Position numbers and translations under genes: made by a program. From an uncultured virus (IMG/VR IMGVR_UViG_3300035182_002585) (lineage: Duplodnaviria; Heunggongvirae; Uroviricota; Caudoviricetes): DNA of 64,000 nt. Below, one piece after another: positions 63,764 to 64,000 of the stretch (position 1 is its first letter; every line of letters begins with the position of its first letter). The stretch lies in IMG/VR virus record IMGVR_UViG_3300035182_002585, one strand, 5' to 3'. The notes under the pieces are model-generated. The model saw only the letters and a program-made list of their open reading frames with translations. It made no database searches and was not told where the DNA came from.

Positions 63764-64000
63764 TCAGAGACGCTCGACGCTGGACGTGGCGGCGACGGCC
63801 ACCGGAGCCGAACCCGCGACGCGCGAGTGGACGACCGACTTCGCCAGCGGGTCGAGGACGCGACTGAGATGGTTGATTGCATCGGCCGAGGCGCCGATCG
63901 AGCCGAGCCCCTCGCGCAGCCCCGAGCCCATCGTACCCTCGACGAGCCCGACGATGCTGCTGACCGTCTCGCAGATGTGGTCCGCGTGGGCGAGCATGAT
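63764..64000 (-). CDS. Hypothetical protein, C-terminus only
   Basis: Open to the window end. Confidence 0.45.
   Translation of the reverse strand: MMLAHADHICETVSSIVGLVEGTMGSGLREGLGSIGASADAINHLSRVLDPLAKSVVHSRVAGSAPVAVAATSSVERL

Noticed and set aside
1..64000. Genome-wide stop-codon reassignment (TGA=Trp or TAG recoded)
   Set aside because: Trp is routinely TGG, and known enzymes end at TGA/TAG at expected lengths with ATGA/GTGA coupling

Overview
About 66-68% GC by eye, densely packed with more than 110 mostly short, mostly minus-strand genes. There is no rRNA, tRNA, CRISPR array or housekeeping operon. It reads as the accessory, non-structural region of a very large phage or phage-like element with a high-GC host (Myxococcota-like is a guess). 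Recognisable genes: PNK-like kinase, Rnl2 RNA ligase, Thg1, Pth2, TrpRS, a CinA-like/nucleotidyltransferase fusion, HD hydrolase, divergent PurA, Nudix, N4/N6 DNA methylase, tyrosine recombinase, DGQHR/DndB-like protein, PAP2, AAA ATPase, PcfJ-like protein, HNH and EndoVII nucleases, and several peptidases. The strongest unannotated structure is a three-class set of upstream motifs read directly from the DNA: (A) GATGGATC-N13/14-GNKGTA-N8/9-start, 14 copies; (B) GGTGTA 9-14 nt before start codons, more than 35 copies; (C) YTTDTM 13-17 nt before starts. Several class C genes encode proteins sharing an [L/A].RVA.R[FY] signal. A divergent sigma-like gene sits under a class A motif. Several non-class-C genes look like degenerate paralogues or fragments of a large-phage major capsid protein (possible decoys; this rests on recalled similarity and needs HMM confirmation). 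There are also candidate structured RNAs and many frameshifted or truncated genes. All product calls come from motif recognition without database searches.
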